Part shown: positions 18,164-27,283 of the stretch, one piece after another
Layout of the letters: each line of letters begins with the position of its first letter
Numbering within the stretch: position 1 is the stretch's first letter
Origin: a virus
Lineage: Duplodnaviria > Caudoviricetes
Reading direction: 5' to 3' (one strand)
IMG/VR virus record: IMGVR_UViG_3300043610_000044
Span: 4,239-68,238 of that record
DNA length: 64,000 bases
The notes under the pieces: model-generated
What the model was told of the DNA's origin: nothing
What the model saw: the letters and a program-made list of their open reading frames with translations, nothing else
Database searches by the model: none
Position numbers and translations under genes: made by a program

Positions 18164-18589
18164 ATGCGTAGCCGCATCCTGTTCGCAGTCCTGTCCCTGT
18201 TCGCCGTGTTCAGTGTCGCATCGCCGGCGTTCGCCGGTTCGGCGCATTTCGTGGACGATTCCCTGTCCGCGGCTGCGGATGGCGCCACCCTGACCGTGTC
18301 GGGGAAGGAGGCCGGGCTCGGCGATGAGGCGCAGGTTCACATCGTGGTGACCGCCGACGCGCAGTGTGTGAATCCGGGCGGGAACGCGCCCGCCGCGGGG
18401 AACAAGGGGTCGGCGCAGGCGGCGGCTGATGTTCCGGTGCAGAATGGTCATGCCGACTTCAGCCTGACGCTGGTCGCCGGCTTCCAGCCGTCGTGTAGCC
18501 CGCCGATGACGGTCGTCTGGTCTGAGGTGGTGGTCACCGATACCACCAACGGGATCACCGCGACGGTCGATCCGAAGGAGACAGCATGA
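18164..18589 (+). CDS. Secreted protein with Sec signal peptide
   Basis: MRSR-hydrophobic core-AFA|G; two Cys; beta-rich. Confidence 0.7.
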   Translation: MRSRILFAVLSLFAVFSVASPAFAGSAHFVDDSLSAAADGATLTVSGKEAGLGDEAQVHIVVTADAQCVNPGGNAPAAGNKGSAQAAADVPVQNGHADFSLTLVAGFQPSCSPPMTVVWSEVVVTDTTNGITATVDPKETA

Positions 18590-19664
18590 CTCTCGGCCTG
18601 CCGAAGACGAAGGCGGACCTGGACAACAAGATGGGGCAGGAGGTCGCGGCTGCCTGGAATGCGCTGGCGGCGGCGACCTCGCGGTTGTCGTGGCTGAACG
18701 ACAGCAACCTGGTGCCCGGCCCGAACTCGAGCACCGGATTCCTCCAGCAGACTCTCGGCTACACCGGCGGGGAGGAGACGACGCTGCGGGCGGCGTTCGC
18801 CGACCTGGACAAGCTGCGGCAGATCGCGCACGCTGCGGCGACGCAGGCCTCCGCGAACGACTTCTTCTTCAACGCCAAGCTGCTCGGCGGAATCACCTTC
18901 TTCGGCTGATGCTCGTCATCGACGGTTCGTCGCCGGATACGGCGCTGGAGACGAACGGGACCACGGCGGCGGTCGTCTCGGATCCGTTTCTGCCGCCGGC
19001 GGACCCGTCGGCGTGGCTGGCTCTGTGGGCGGGCAACGCCCAGTCGGGTGTGCAGCCCTCGACCCCGACGATTGTTTCGAGCCCGACGGAGACGTGGAAT
19101 CTCGTCGGCTATGACAACGGCTGGGCGGGTCCGCCGGCGTCGGTGACCGGTCAGGCCGCCGTGTGGGGCTCCGGGGTCACCGACACGCCCGGGTCGTCCA
19201 CGGTGACCGTCACCAACCAGGCCGCGTCCACGTTCCGGCATGCGGCGCTGCGGGTGCTGGTCATCGCCGGCGCCGACACAACCGGGCCGACCGGGAACAG
19301 CAGCGTGTTTCATCAGAACTCGGGTTCGTCGATCACCGCGTCCTACAACGCGACCGTCACCGGCAGTTGGGGGTTCCTCGTGGTCTCCGACTGGAACGCG
19401 GGGGATGTGACCGGCTGGACTCCCGGGACCGGCCAGACCCTGATCGAGGCCGGCACGCCCGCGGGCCAGTTCTCGTACGCGTTCGTGCAGCGGGATTCGC
19501 CGGACGGGATCAACGGTGTCACCACGACCCTGAGCCTGTCCGGCCTGCCGGCCGGCGGCCTGTACCACGTGATCGCCGTCGAGGTCATCCCCGACCTGAC
19601 ATTGGTCGATGCGACGACCGCTGCCACGGATCTGATGTTGGACCCGGGTCGGGCGCTGTTCTGA
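18586..19664 (+). CDS. Two putative virion proteins (18586-18909; 18909-19664 Thr/Ser/Gly-rich beta protein)
   Basis: Coupled ORFs in the morphogenesis operon. Confidence 0.6.
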
Positions 19665-20314
19665 TGGGCGACCAGGAGATCGCGCTGCCGCCGGGGTCGG
19701 TGGGCCGGTCGATCCATGTGCGGCAGCGGACCGTGTCAGGGCCCGGTGTGGTCAACGAGCCGTACGTGATCCCGATCTCGGCCAGGTTGTCGTCGGGGAT
19801 CTATCTGGGGACGGTCGCCGGTACCGTCCAGGCGTCCGCGCAGAACGGCACCAGCACAGGGTTCTGGTGGCTGTACAACACGATCGGTTCCGGTCTGTCG
19901 GTGGCGCTGCGGTCGATCAACGTGGCCACCCAGTCGGCGTCGGCGCTGGTCACGGTGACGAGCCCGCGGCTGCTGTTGCAGGCGTTCACGTTCACCGGCA
20001 CCGCGGCGGGGACGAACGTGGCGCCGCGGAAGGCGGATACCTCGTTCGCGGCGGCGGCAGCGAGCCTGCGGAGCACTCAGGTGACGTCGGTGGTGACGCT
20101 GACCGAGCAGGTCTGCGCCTGGCTGCCTTACGCGAACCAGACCGCGGTGAACGGCAACCCGCCGTCCGGTTCGACATGGGCGCCGAAGGAGGACGAGCAG
20201 GTGGTCCTCGCCGCCGGCCAGGGGCTGGTGCTGTACCAGCCCGACGCGGGCACCGCCTCGGACACGCGGGTGGTGTCCACGTCGCTGGCGTGGTCTGAGT
20301 ACACGGTGCCGTAG
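19664..20314 (+). CDS. Putative virion decoration protein, paralog A
   Basis: Thr/Ser/Ala/Val-rich; collinear with 20315-20971; ends WSEYTVP. Confidence 0.7.
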   Translation: MGDQEIALPPGSVGRSIHVRQRTVSGPGVVNEPYVIPISARLSSGIYLGTVAGTVQASAQNGTSTGFWWLYNTIGSGLSVALRSINVATQSASALVTVTSPRLLLQAFTFTGTAAGTNVAPRKADTSFAAAAASLRSTQVTSVVTLTEQVCAWLPYANQTAVNGNPPSGSTWAPKEDEQVVLAAGQGLVLYQPDAGTASDTRVVSTSLAWSEYTVP

Positions 20315-20971
20315 ATGGGTGACTCGAGCATCGGGATGCCGCCGGAGTCCTCCGGCGTGCAGATCCACACCCGCGAGCTGACCGTCGCCGGCCCTGGGGT
20401 GGTGCAGCAGGAGTATGTCCTGCCCACCTCGGTGCGGGTCACGGCCGGCCTCGGGGTGTACCTGGCGCACGCCGGGGTGCGGGTTGTCACCGTGGCTGCG
20501 GACACGTTCCCGGCGGGGTCGTGGTGGCTGATCAATCCGGTCGGGTCGGTGGTGAAGGTTGCGCTGCGGACTGTCACGTTCTGTTCGCAGACCGGCTCGG
20601 CGCTGGCCGTGCCGACATGCCCCCGGTTCACGCTGGTGGCGTTCACGTTCACGGGCACCGCGTCCGGTGCGACGGTGACTCCGCGGAAGGCCGACACCAC
20701 CATGGTCGCGGCGACCGGGAGTCTCCGGACCGCCAGCACCGGGATGACGATCACCCGGACCCAGGACGTCTACAACTTCCTGCCGGTCAACGCGCTGACC
20801 GCGGCCGGCGGGACCGCTCCGCAGGAGCAGACGGTGCAGCCGCCGGAGGATGAGCAGGTGGTCCTGGCCGCGGGTGAGGGTGTGGTCCTGACGCAGGCCA
20901 CGGCAGGCACCACGTCGGATACCCGCCGGACCGTCACGAACCTGGTGTGGGCCGAGTACACGGTGCCCTGA
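20315..20971 (+). CDS. Putative virion decoration protein, paralog B
   Basis: Collinear with paralog A; ends WAEYTVP. Confidence 0.7.
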   Translation: MGDSSIGMPPESSGVQIHTRELTVAGPGVVQQEYVLPTSVRVTAGLGVYLAHAGVRVVTVAADTFPAGSWWLINPVGSVVKVALRTVTFCSQTGSALAVPTCPRFTLVAFTFTGTASGATVTPRKADTTMVAATGSLRTASTGMTITRTQDVYNFLPVNALTAAGGTAPQEQTVQPPEDEQVVLAAGEGVVLTQATAGTTSDTRRTVTNLVWAEYTVP

Positions 20972-20981
20972 GGGAGGGCCG

Positions 20982-21698
20982 GTGACCCTCCCGTGGGTGG
21001 AGTTCGCGCTCACCCAGTCGATCCGCTGGCCGCAGCCGGTCATCGCCTACCAGGTCAACTCCGCCGGCTCCGACCTCACCACCCTGACCACGCCGACGTT
21101 CACTCCCGCCGCGGCTGAGATCTTCGTCGTGAAGTGCGTGGCGGCGGACTCGTCGTTGACGTTCGGCACTCCGACCGGCGGCGGTTGGACGTACGACCCC
21201 CGCGGCAACGACGGCACCGCATCGCATGTCCGGGCGCAGATGTGGACCGCGCAGGTCACCGGAACCCCGGCGTCGATGAGCATCGCGGTCACCGCGACGG
21301 GCACTGTCCACGAACATTCGATCTTTGTTGAGCGGTGGCGGAACACCCAACTGGCGTCTAGCCCGGCGCTGACCGACACCACCGGCTCCGGTGCCCCGTC
21401 GGCGACGAATGCCACCACCGGTGTCCGGTCGGTGGTGTCGTGGTGTTCCGGCGACTGGGCGGCGGTGGACGGCATCGCCCGGGCGTACCGGTCGGAGGCG
21501 CAGGAGACCGGCTACACCCTGCGAGCCGGGGCGTTCACCGGCTACTCCGCATACCAGCCCGCCGCCGTGCCCGGTGCTCAGACGTTCGGCCTGACCCTGC
21601 CGGCTGGGCAGACGTGGACCGTGTTGGCGGTCGAGCTCCAAACCCTGGCGCCGGTCAAGGCGATCCCTCCGATCACCCAGTACGCAGGCTTCTTCTAG
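20982..21698 (+). CDS. Putative virion protein, Thr-rich, similar in style to 18909-19664
   Basis: Beta-rich; shared SDW/GDW and 'AVE(V/L)' C-terminal motifs. Confidence 0.6.
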   Translation: MTLPWVEFALTQSIRWPQPVIAYQVNSAGSDLTTLTTPTFTPAAAEIFVVKCVAADSSLTFGTPTGGGWTYDPRGNDGTASHVRAQMWTAQVTGTPASMSIAVTATGTVHEHSIFVERWRNTQLASSPALTDTTGSGAPSATNATTGVRSVVSWCSGDWAAVDGIARAYRSEAQETGYTLRAGAFTGYSAYQPAAVPGAQTFGLTLPAGQTWTVLAVELQTLAPVKAIPPITQYAGFF

Positions 21699-21713
21699 AG
21701 AGGACGGGACCGC

Positions 21714-22217
21714 ATGGCCCGCTTCACCAGCACGGTCATCTCCACCGCGGCCATCGTCGCCACCGCCCCGACGGGCGGCACCGCGAACGCGCTGTTCGCG
21801 AACCTGAACGCCTCCGCGGTGGCCGGGTACAAGATGCGGCGGATCACGATCGGCTGCATCGCAGGCGCGTCCACGCCGACGTCGCAGCAGCTCGCGGTAG
21901 CGCTGGTCCGGACGACCGCCCGCGGTACGGCGACAGCGACGTTCGCGCCGAAGGCCCTGGATCCGAACTCGCTCCAAACCCCCTCCATCACCGGTCTGGA
22001 CACCGCGTGGTCCACCGTCCCGACGGCGACGTGGACGTCAGGCAACTGGTCGTACCTGATCCCGTTCAACTCTCAGTCCAGCGCGGACCTGCCGTACGAG
22101 ATGCTGGAGGAGTTGGTCTGCGGCATCGGCGTTGCGAACGGCATCAGCTTCATCAACGTCAACAACGCGCTGCCGGCCTCGCACTCGTACGTGCTTACCG
22201 TCGAGCACGATGAATAG
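21714..22217 (+). CDS. Putative virion decoration protein, distant paralog C
   Basis: TARGTATATFAPKALD resembles TGTASGATVTPRKAD; terminal LTVEHDE strand. Confidence 0.55.
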   Translation: MARFTSTVISTAAIVATAPTGGTANALFANLNASAVAGYKMRRITIGCIAGASTPTSQQLAVALVRTTARGTATATFAPKALDPNSLQTPSITGLDTAWSTVPTATWTSGNWSYLIPFNSQSSADLPYEMLEELVCGIGVANGISFINVNNALPASHSYVLTVEHDE

Positions 22218-22244
22218 AGGGTGAGACCCTTGGTAGAACGGCCT

Positions 22245-22538
22245 CTATTCCAGCCATACTGTGTCCGGCTCGACAAAGGGGATTCTCCGCCCGTCTGGCG
22301 CGTGCAAGACCATCCTCGCCGGTCCGCCGGGGGTCTCCGCGATCAGCGTGGCCTCGCCGCCGGTCAGTAGCCATACCTGTACTGGTCCGATGGGGGCTTC
22401 GTCGCTCCTGATCCATGGCCAGATCCCCGGCCACAGCCAGTATCCGGGGGCATGGAGGGCGGCAAGTAACACGTTGCCGTCTGGTCGGCGCCACTCATAG
22501 CGGACGGGGATTTCAGTAGCCTCGGTCATTGGGTCCAT
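22245..22538 (-). CDS. Trp-rich hypothetical protein inserted antisense in the structural operon
   Basis: MDPMTEATEIPVRYEWRRPDG...DTVWLE; fills the gap between + genes; lower GC. Confidence 0.5.
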   Translation of the reverse strand: MDPMTEATEIPVRYEWRRPDGNVLLAALHAPGYWLWPGIWPWIRSDEAPIGPVQVWLLTGGEATLIAETPGGPARMVLHAPDGRRIPFVEPDTVWLE

Positions 22539-22631
22539 CCCTCTGCTGTAGGGCCCTGGATCAAGTGGCCCGGGTGACGCTGACATCGTCCCCGGGCCGC
22601 GCTGCGTCCAGGGTAGCTCGGGAGGCGGCCG

Positions 22632-23798
22632 GTGTTCCGTCGGTGGCGCGGTCTCCTCAGCCGGCGGGGCCGGTTCGGCTGGGTCCCGCCGCCGGCACAG
22701 GCGCCCGCCCCGCCGGCATGGGTGCCACCAGTCCTCGAACAGGCCGGGTGGCGGCCGAGAGCCCCCCGGTTCCTGCGACACGGCCGGTTCATCGCCCCCC
22801 CGTGGCCGGCCGTCACGCCACCGGCGGTTCCCCCGGTTCCTCCGGGGCTGACCCGGCAGGCTGGGCGTCGCTGGCCGCAGCCTCGTCGTGGCCGCTTCTA
22901 CACCCCGCCGCCGACCCAACCCGTCCAACCTCCCGCGGTAGCCCGCGCGCGGCTCCGTGCGGCACTGCTGCCGCGGCGGGGGCAGTTCACAGAAGTCCCG
23001 CCCGCGGTCGTCCCGACGGCGCCGTCGTCGGTGCCGCAGTGGCTCCGCGCCGACCAGCGTCCGGTGTGGCGGCGTCGCGGCCGTCTGGTCGAACCCCCGT
23101 GGCCCGCCGTCATTCAAGCTGCGCCGCAGGCCGTCCCGCAGGTCATCCGGAGCCGGTCCCGGATACTGTTCGTCCGGCGAGGCCAGTTCGCCGAACCACC
23201 GTGGCCGCAGGTCGCCGCCGCCCCGGCCGTGTACGTCCCTGCGGTGGCGGTGACCCGCCGGCCCCCCGTCCGAGTCGTCCGCCGGGGCCGCATCACCGGC
23301 CCGCTGTCCGCACCCGCCGCGCCGGCCGCCCCGACGTGGCCGCCGCAGAACCCGATCCGCCGCCGCCCGCCGCCGTGGGCGCGCCGCGGCCGGTTCACCG
23401 CCGCGCCCACCGGGACACCCCCGCCGCCTCCAGCCGCACCGGCCCGGCGGCGGCCACCCGTCACCCGGCCTCGGGCCGGCCGGTTCGCCCAGCCGCCGTG
23501 GCCGCAGGTCGGCCCGCAGCCGTCGGTGTGGCGGCCGCAACCGACCGTGGCGCGGCGGCGCATCAACTGGTGGCGGCGGCGAGGCAGGCTGTTCGAGCCG
23601 TCGTGGCCCGTTGTTCCGCCGGCGCCGTTCACCATCGGCACCCTCGGGACCTCAGCCTCGACGTCATCAGGAATGAGTTCCGGCACAACAACTGTGAGCG
23701 GAATCGGATCCTCAACCAGCCGGCCGGCCGCCGTGGACTCAGGAGTTGGCGCTACGGGGATCACCACGAGCACCCAGCGGAAGGGAGGGCCGGGCTGA
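22632..23798 (+). CDS. Pro/Arg-rich repeat protein with 10 RRG(R/Q)(F/L/I) motifs and Ser/Thr-rich tail
   Basis: SD GGGAGG before GTG; TGATG coupling to connector gene; motifs counted in the translation. Confidence 0.75.
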   Translation: MFRRWRGLLSRRGRFGWVPPPAQAPAPPAWVPPVLEQAGWRPRAPRFLRHGRFIAPPWPAVTPPAVPPVPPGLTRQAGRRWPQPRRGRFYTPPPTQPVQPPAVARARLRAALLPRRGQFTEVPPAVVPTAPSSVPQWLRADQRPVWRRRGRLVEPPWPAVIQAAPQAVPQVIRSRSRILFVRRGQFAEPPWPQVAAAPAVYVPAVAVTRRPPVRVVRRGRITGPLSAPAAPAAPTWPPQNPIRRRPPPWARRGRFTAAPTGTPPPPPAAPARRRPPVTRPRAGRFAQPPWPQVGPQPSVWRPQPTVARRRINWWRRRGRLFEPSWPVVPPAPFTIGTLGTSASTSSGMSSGTTTVSGIGSSTSRPAAVDSGVGATGITTSTQRKGGPG

Positions 23799-24607
23799 TG
23801 GATTTCTACCCGCTCGGCCAGCCCGTCCGGATACCCATCACGGTCAAGGACGCCGCCGGGCTACCGGCTGACGCCGGCGCGGTGACGCTGCGGCTATACA
23901 AGGATGGCGCGCTAGTCCAGACGTACGCCGCGCCGTCCCACGACGGCGTCGGCTTGTACCACCAGGACGTCCCTGTCACCGACCTGGCCACCGCCGGGCA
24001 GTACCGGCAGATCCCCACCGCGACCGGCGCCAACGCGGGCGTGGACTTCGACGTGTTCACGGTGTTCGACCCGGCGACGTACCCGCGGCTGGTGTCGTTC
24101 GCCGACGCCAAGGAGTTCCTCGGCGTCACCGGCACCGCCAAGGACGCGATCCTCGACCGGATCATCGGGTGGGCGTCGGCGCGGATTATCCGCGAGGTCC
24201 AGGCCGTCACCGCCACCGTCACCGAACGCGTCACCGTCGCCGCCGGCGGGTTCGTCCTACCCATCACCCCGGTTCAGACGATCACCGCGATCACCGCGGT
24301 GACCCCGTACTCGCCGGCCATCGCAGTGGCCAACGCCTACGTGACCAACTCTCTCGGCGGGACCGTGGAGCTGTACTCCACCGCAGCATGGGGCGTCTAT
24401 GACGTGACGTACACCGTCGGGTACTCCGAGGTCCCGCCCGGTGTGAACGGGGCGTGCGAGTCGCTGATCCGGCACTGGTGGAACCAATCGCAGGCCCACG
24501 GCTCCGCCACCTACGGCGACGCCGGGTTCGTCCCCGACTTCGCTGATCTGCCGAACGTGGTGAAGAACATGCTCCGGTCGGTGCCGCGTGTCTCGGGCGT
24601 CGCGTGA
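23798..24607 (+). CDS. Head-tail connector (gp6-like) fused to an N-terminal Ig-like domain
   Basis: C-part LVSFADAKEFLGV...DAILDRIIGWASARI...YTVGY..VPPGV..AC..LIRHWW. Confidence 0.75.
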   Translation: MDFYPLGQPVRIPITVKDAAGLPADAGAVTLRLYKDGALVQTYAAPSHDGVGLYHQDVPVTDLATAGQYRQIPTATGANAGVDFDVFTVFDPATYPRLVSFADAKEFLGVTGTAKDAILDRIIGWASARIIREVQAVTATVTERVTVAAGGFVLPITPVQTITAITAVTPYSPAIAVANAYVTNSLGGTVELYSTAAWGVYDVTYTVGYSEVPPGVNGACESLIRHWWNQSQAHGSATYGDAGFVPDFADLPNVVKNMLRSVPRVSGVA

Positions 24608-24945
24608 CGTTCCTGGCGGCGAAGACCGCTGTTGTCGCTGCTGCGATTGCAGCGTTGAACGATACGTCGGTGTCGGTGTTGCCGTTCGATGGCCCGGTGA
24701 TCTCCGGCAGCGCGGTGACGGTGTCCTCGGCGGGCCTGTCGGCGACGGAGTACCGGCTGTTCATCCGGGTCTACGAGCCGGACATCCAGTCGCAGGAGGC
24801 GCAGGACCGGCTGGACGTGCACACGGAGGCGTTGGACCAGATGGGGTTGGCGGCGCCGCGGTCGGACTGGGAACTGATTTACGACGAGGTCAAGGGCGCG
24901 TTCTACATGCAGACGACGCTCGAGTACCCGCGGCAGGACTTCTAG
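24604..24945 (+). CDS. Putative tail terminator/head-tail joining protein
   Basis: Position and size. Confidence 0.5.
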   Translation: MTFLAAKTAVVAAAIAALNDTSVSVLPFDGPVISGSAVTVSSAGLSATEYRLFIRVYEPDIQSQEAQDRLDVHTEALDQMGLAAPRSDWELIYDEVKGAFYMQTTLEYPRQDF

Positions 24946-25986
24946 GTGCGCATCCTCGCCGTCCGCCCAGGGCCGGCGTTCAGCGTGGCGGATGTCCACG
25001 ACGGCTGGGTCGCCGGCCTGCGTGAGGCTGGCGCCGAGGTGGTGGACTACAACCACGACGCCCGCGTCGAGTTCTACTGCCGGGTCGCCCTGGAGAAGCA
25101 GCCCGGGGAGTTCGCCCTGGCGCTGGACCCGGAACGGTCCCTGATCTTCGCGCTGAACGACCTGCACGCCGTCTGCTACCAGTACCGGCCCGACGTCGTG
25201 TTCATCACCTCCGGGTTCTACCTGCGGGATACCTACCTGGATGTGATCCGGTCGTACCGGACCCGGGTGGTGCTGCTGCACACCGAGTCGCCGTACCAGG
25301 ACGACGACCAGATCGTTCGCGCGGCCAAGGTGGATCTGAACCTGATCAACGACCCGACGAACCTGGAGCAGTTCCGGGCCGTCGCGCCCACCTTCTACGT
25401 TCCCCACGCGTACCGCCCGGACAGACACTTCCCGCGGCAGGGCATGTCGGAGCATGCGTCGGACTTCTGCTTCGTCGGCACCGGCTACCCGTCGCGGACC
25501 GGGTTCTTCGAGGCGGTGGACTTCGCCGGGATCGACGTGGCGCTGGCAGGGAACTGGCAGTGGACCGACGAGGAGTCGCCGCTGCGGAAGTGGCTGGCCC
25601 ACGACGTTGAGGTGTGCTGCGACAACGAGCAGACCGCGTACCTGTACGCCGCCACGAAGATGAGCGCGAACCTGTACCGCCGCGAGGCGAACCGGCCGGC
25701 GCTGTCCGCCGGTTGGGCGATGAGCCCGCGTGAGGTCGAGCTGGCGGCGATGGGCGTGCCGTTCCTGCGGGACCCCCGCGGCGAATCCGATGCGGTGCTG
25801 CCGATGCTGCCCACCTTCGACGGCCCCGCAGAGTTCGGGGAGCGGCTGCGGTGGTGGCTCGCCCACGACGATGCCCGCCACCAGGCGGGGTGTCAGGCCC
25901 GGGAAGCGGTCGCTGACCGGACGTTCGTATCGCACGCCCGACAGCTTCTGAGGCTGCTCGACGACTCGACAAGGGAAGTGATCTAG
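24946..25986 (+). CDS. GT-B glycosyltransferase (CgeB/DUF3880-like)
   Basis: HTESPY, YVPHAY, DFCFVGTGY.SR, LAGNW, MSPREVELAAMG.P.L, DRTF...AR.LL. Confidence 0.8.
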   Translation: MRILAVRPGPAFSVADVHDGWVAGLREAGAEVVDYNHDARVEFYCRVALEKQPGEFALALDPERSLIFALNDLHAVCYQYRPDVVFITSGFYLRDTYLDVIRSYRTRVVLLHTESPYQDDDQIVRAAKVDLNLINDPTNLEQFRAVAPTFYVPHAYRPDRHFPRQGMSEHASDFCFVGTGYPSRTGFFEAVDFAGIDVALAGNWQWTDEESPLRKWLAHDVEVCCDNEQTAYLYAATKMSANLYRREANRPALSAGWAMSPREVELAAMGVPFLRDPRGESDAVLPMLPTFDGPAEFGERLRWWLAHDDARHQAGCQAREAVADRTFVSHARQLLRLLDDSTREVI

Positions 25987-26362
25987 TTCCACCGAGCGGC
26001 TGCGCCCTTACGTCCGGCGATACTCCGGAGTCGGCGTGTCTCATCGGTGACCGTTAGCGAGGCCCGGCGGTTGTTCTCCCGCATGGTCACAGGCTCCAGG
26101 TGTGCCGGGTTGACGCATAGGCGGCAGAAGTGAAGCGGGGAGGGTCAGCCAAGGTGCCGCGTTTGGTGAGCCGCTGGTAGTGCATTCCGCAGAGGCCGCG
26201 CCCCTCGCGCTCCCGGTCGCAGCCCTCGACCGAACAGCCCGTCATCACGACGACTAACGGCGGCAATGTGCCGTGTCGCCGACGGAAGTGATAGTGCCGG
26301 TTGCAGAGTCCGCGCCCTCGGGTCGGCTGGCCACATTCCGGCTCGGCACAGGTCGTTGCCAC
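25985..26362 (-). pseudogene. Internally deleted, frameshifted HNH homing endonuclease
   Basis: Frame 1: two C-x4-C...GLC-x2-HY repeats; other frame: CRLCVNPAHLEPVTMRENNRR; the central FW..KV..H region is missing. Confidence 0.75.
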
Positions 26363-26393
26363 GACGGCAACATTACCATGAAGGAGTGGAATA

Positions 26394-26795
26394 GTGGCCA
26401 GAATAGCCGGGCGTAACGCGACGATCTACATGGGTATCGCCTCCTCGGCGGCATTGGCGAGCCCGGTCGCGTACATGGCGAAGTTCACCATCAACTCCGC
26501 CTCGGACAAGATTGAGGTGACGGCGTTCGGTGACACGTCGAAGGTGTACGTGGCCGGACTCCCGGACGCCTCGGGCGCGTTCAGCGGGTTCTACGACGAC
26601 GCGTCCGCGCAGACGTACACGGCGTCGCAGGACGGGCAGGCCCGGAAGATGTACATCTACCCGTCCACGCTGACCGCGACGCAGTACTTTTTCGGGACCG
26701 TGCTGGTGGACTTCGCGTTGGACGCGGGGGTGTCGGACGCGGCGACGGTGGCGGCGAACTGGTCGGCGGCGACGCCGGTGTTCAAGGTCGGCTGA
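26394..26795 (+). CDS. Major tail (tube) protein
   Basis: ARIAGRNA.IY, IEVTAFGDTSKVYVAGLPDASG.FSGFYD, YFFGTVLV; strong SD AAGGAG. Confidence 0.85.
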   Translation: MARIAGRNATIYMGIASSAALASPVAYMAKFTINSASDKIEVTAFGDTSKVYVAGLPDASGAFSGFYDDASAQTYTASQDGQARKMYIYPSTLTATQYFFGTVLVDFALDAGVSDAATVAANWSAATPVFKVG

Positions 26796-27230
26796 GTGGC
26801 CGACTACTCGATCAGGTTCGCCGGTCTGGCGGAGCTACGCCGGGATCTGCGGGCCATCGACAAGTCGTGGGGCCCGGAGCTGGGCAAGGCGAACCAGAAG
26901 GCCGCCGACGTCGTCGCCGTCGAGGGCCGGGAGATCGCCGGGACGAAGGCCGGCCCGCACCAGGGTGGCGGGTCGGTGGCGCCGATCGCCTCGACGATCC
27001 GTGCGTTGCGGCAGCAGTCCCGCGCGGTGATCTCAGCCGGTGGGGTACGGTCGCCGCAGGCCGCGCCACGGGAGTTCGGCGGCACGTTGCGCCGGTACCA
27101 CTCGAGCAAGCGGACGAAGGTGACGAAGAACCCGTCGCTGTACCCGGCGCTGGACGCCAAGACCGGCGAGGTGGTCCGCGTGTATTCGCTGGCTCTTGAC
27201 GGTGTGATGCGTCGGGCGTTCGGCCGTTAG
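26796..27230 (+). CDS. HK97 gp10-like tail completion protein
   Basis: IRFAGLAELRRDLRAID..., PREFGG. Confidence 0.65.
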   Translation: MADYSIRFAGLAELRRDLRAIDKSWGPELGKANQKAADVVAVEGREIAGTKAGPHQGGGSVAPIASTIRALRQQSRAVISAGGVRSPQAAPREFGGTLRRYHSSKRTKVTKNPSLYPALDAKTGEVVRVYSLALDGVMRRAFGR

Positions 27231-27233
27231 TCA

Positions 27234-27283
27234 CCCTCCGGTTGGCCGCTTGGATGGTCGGCCGGCCGGAGGGCAACCATCCA
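27234..27283 (+). terminator. 15-bp hairpin (2 G-U) with loop complementary to the sequence just downstream
   Basis: Arms 27234-27248 / 27259-27273; loop TGGATGGT vs ACCATCCA at 27276-27283. Confidence 0.5.

Noticed and set aside
22529-23797. 692-aa N-terminal extension of the head-tail connector
   Set aside because: Overlaps the better-supported repeat-protein frame; the TGATG coupling at 23796-23800 marks the real start.
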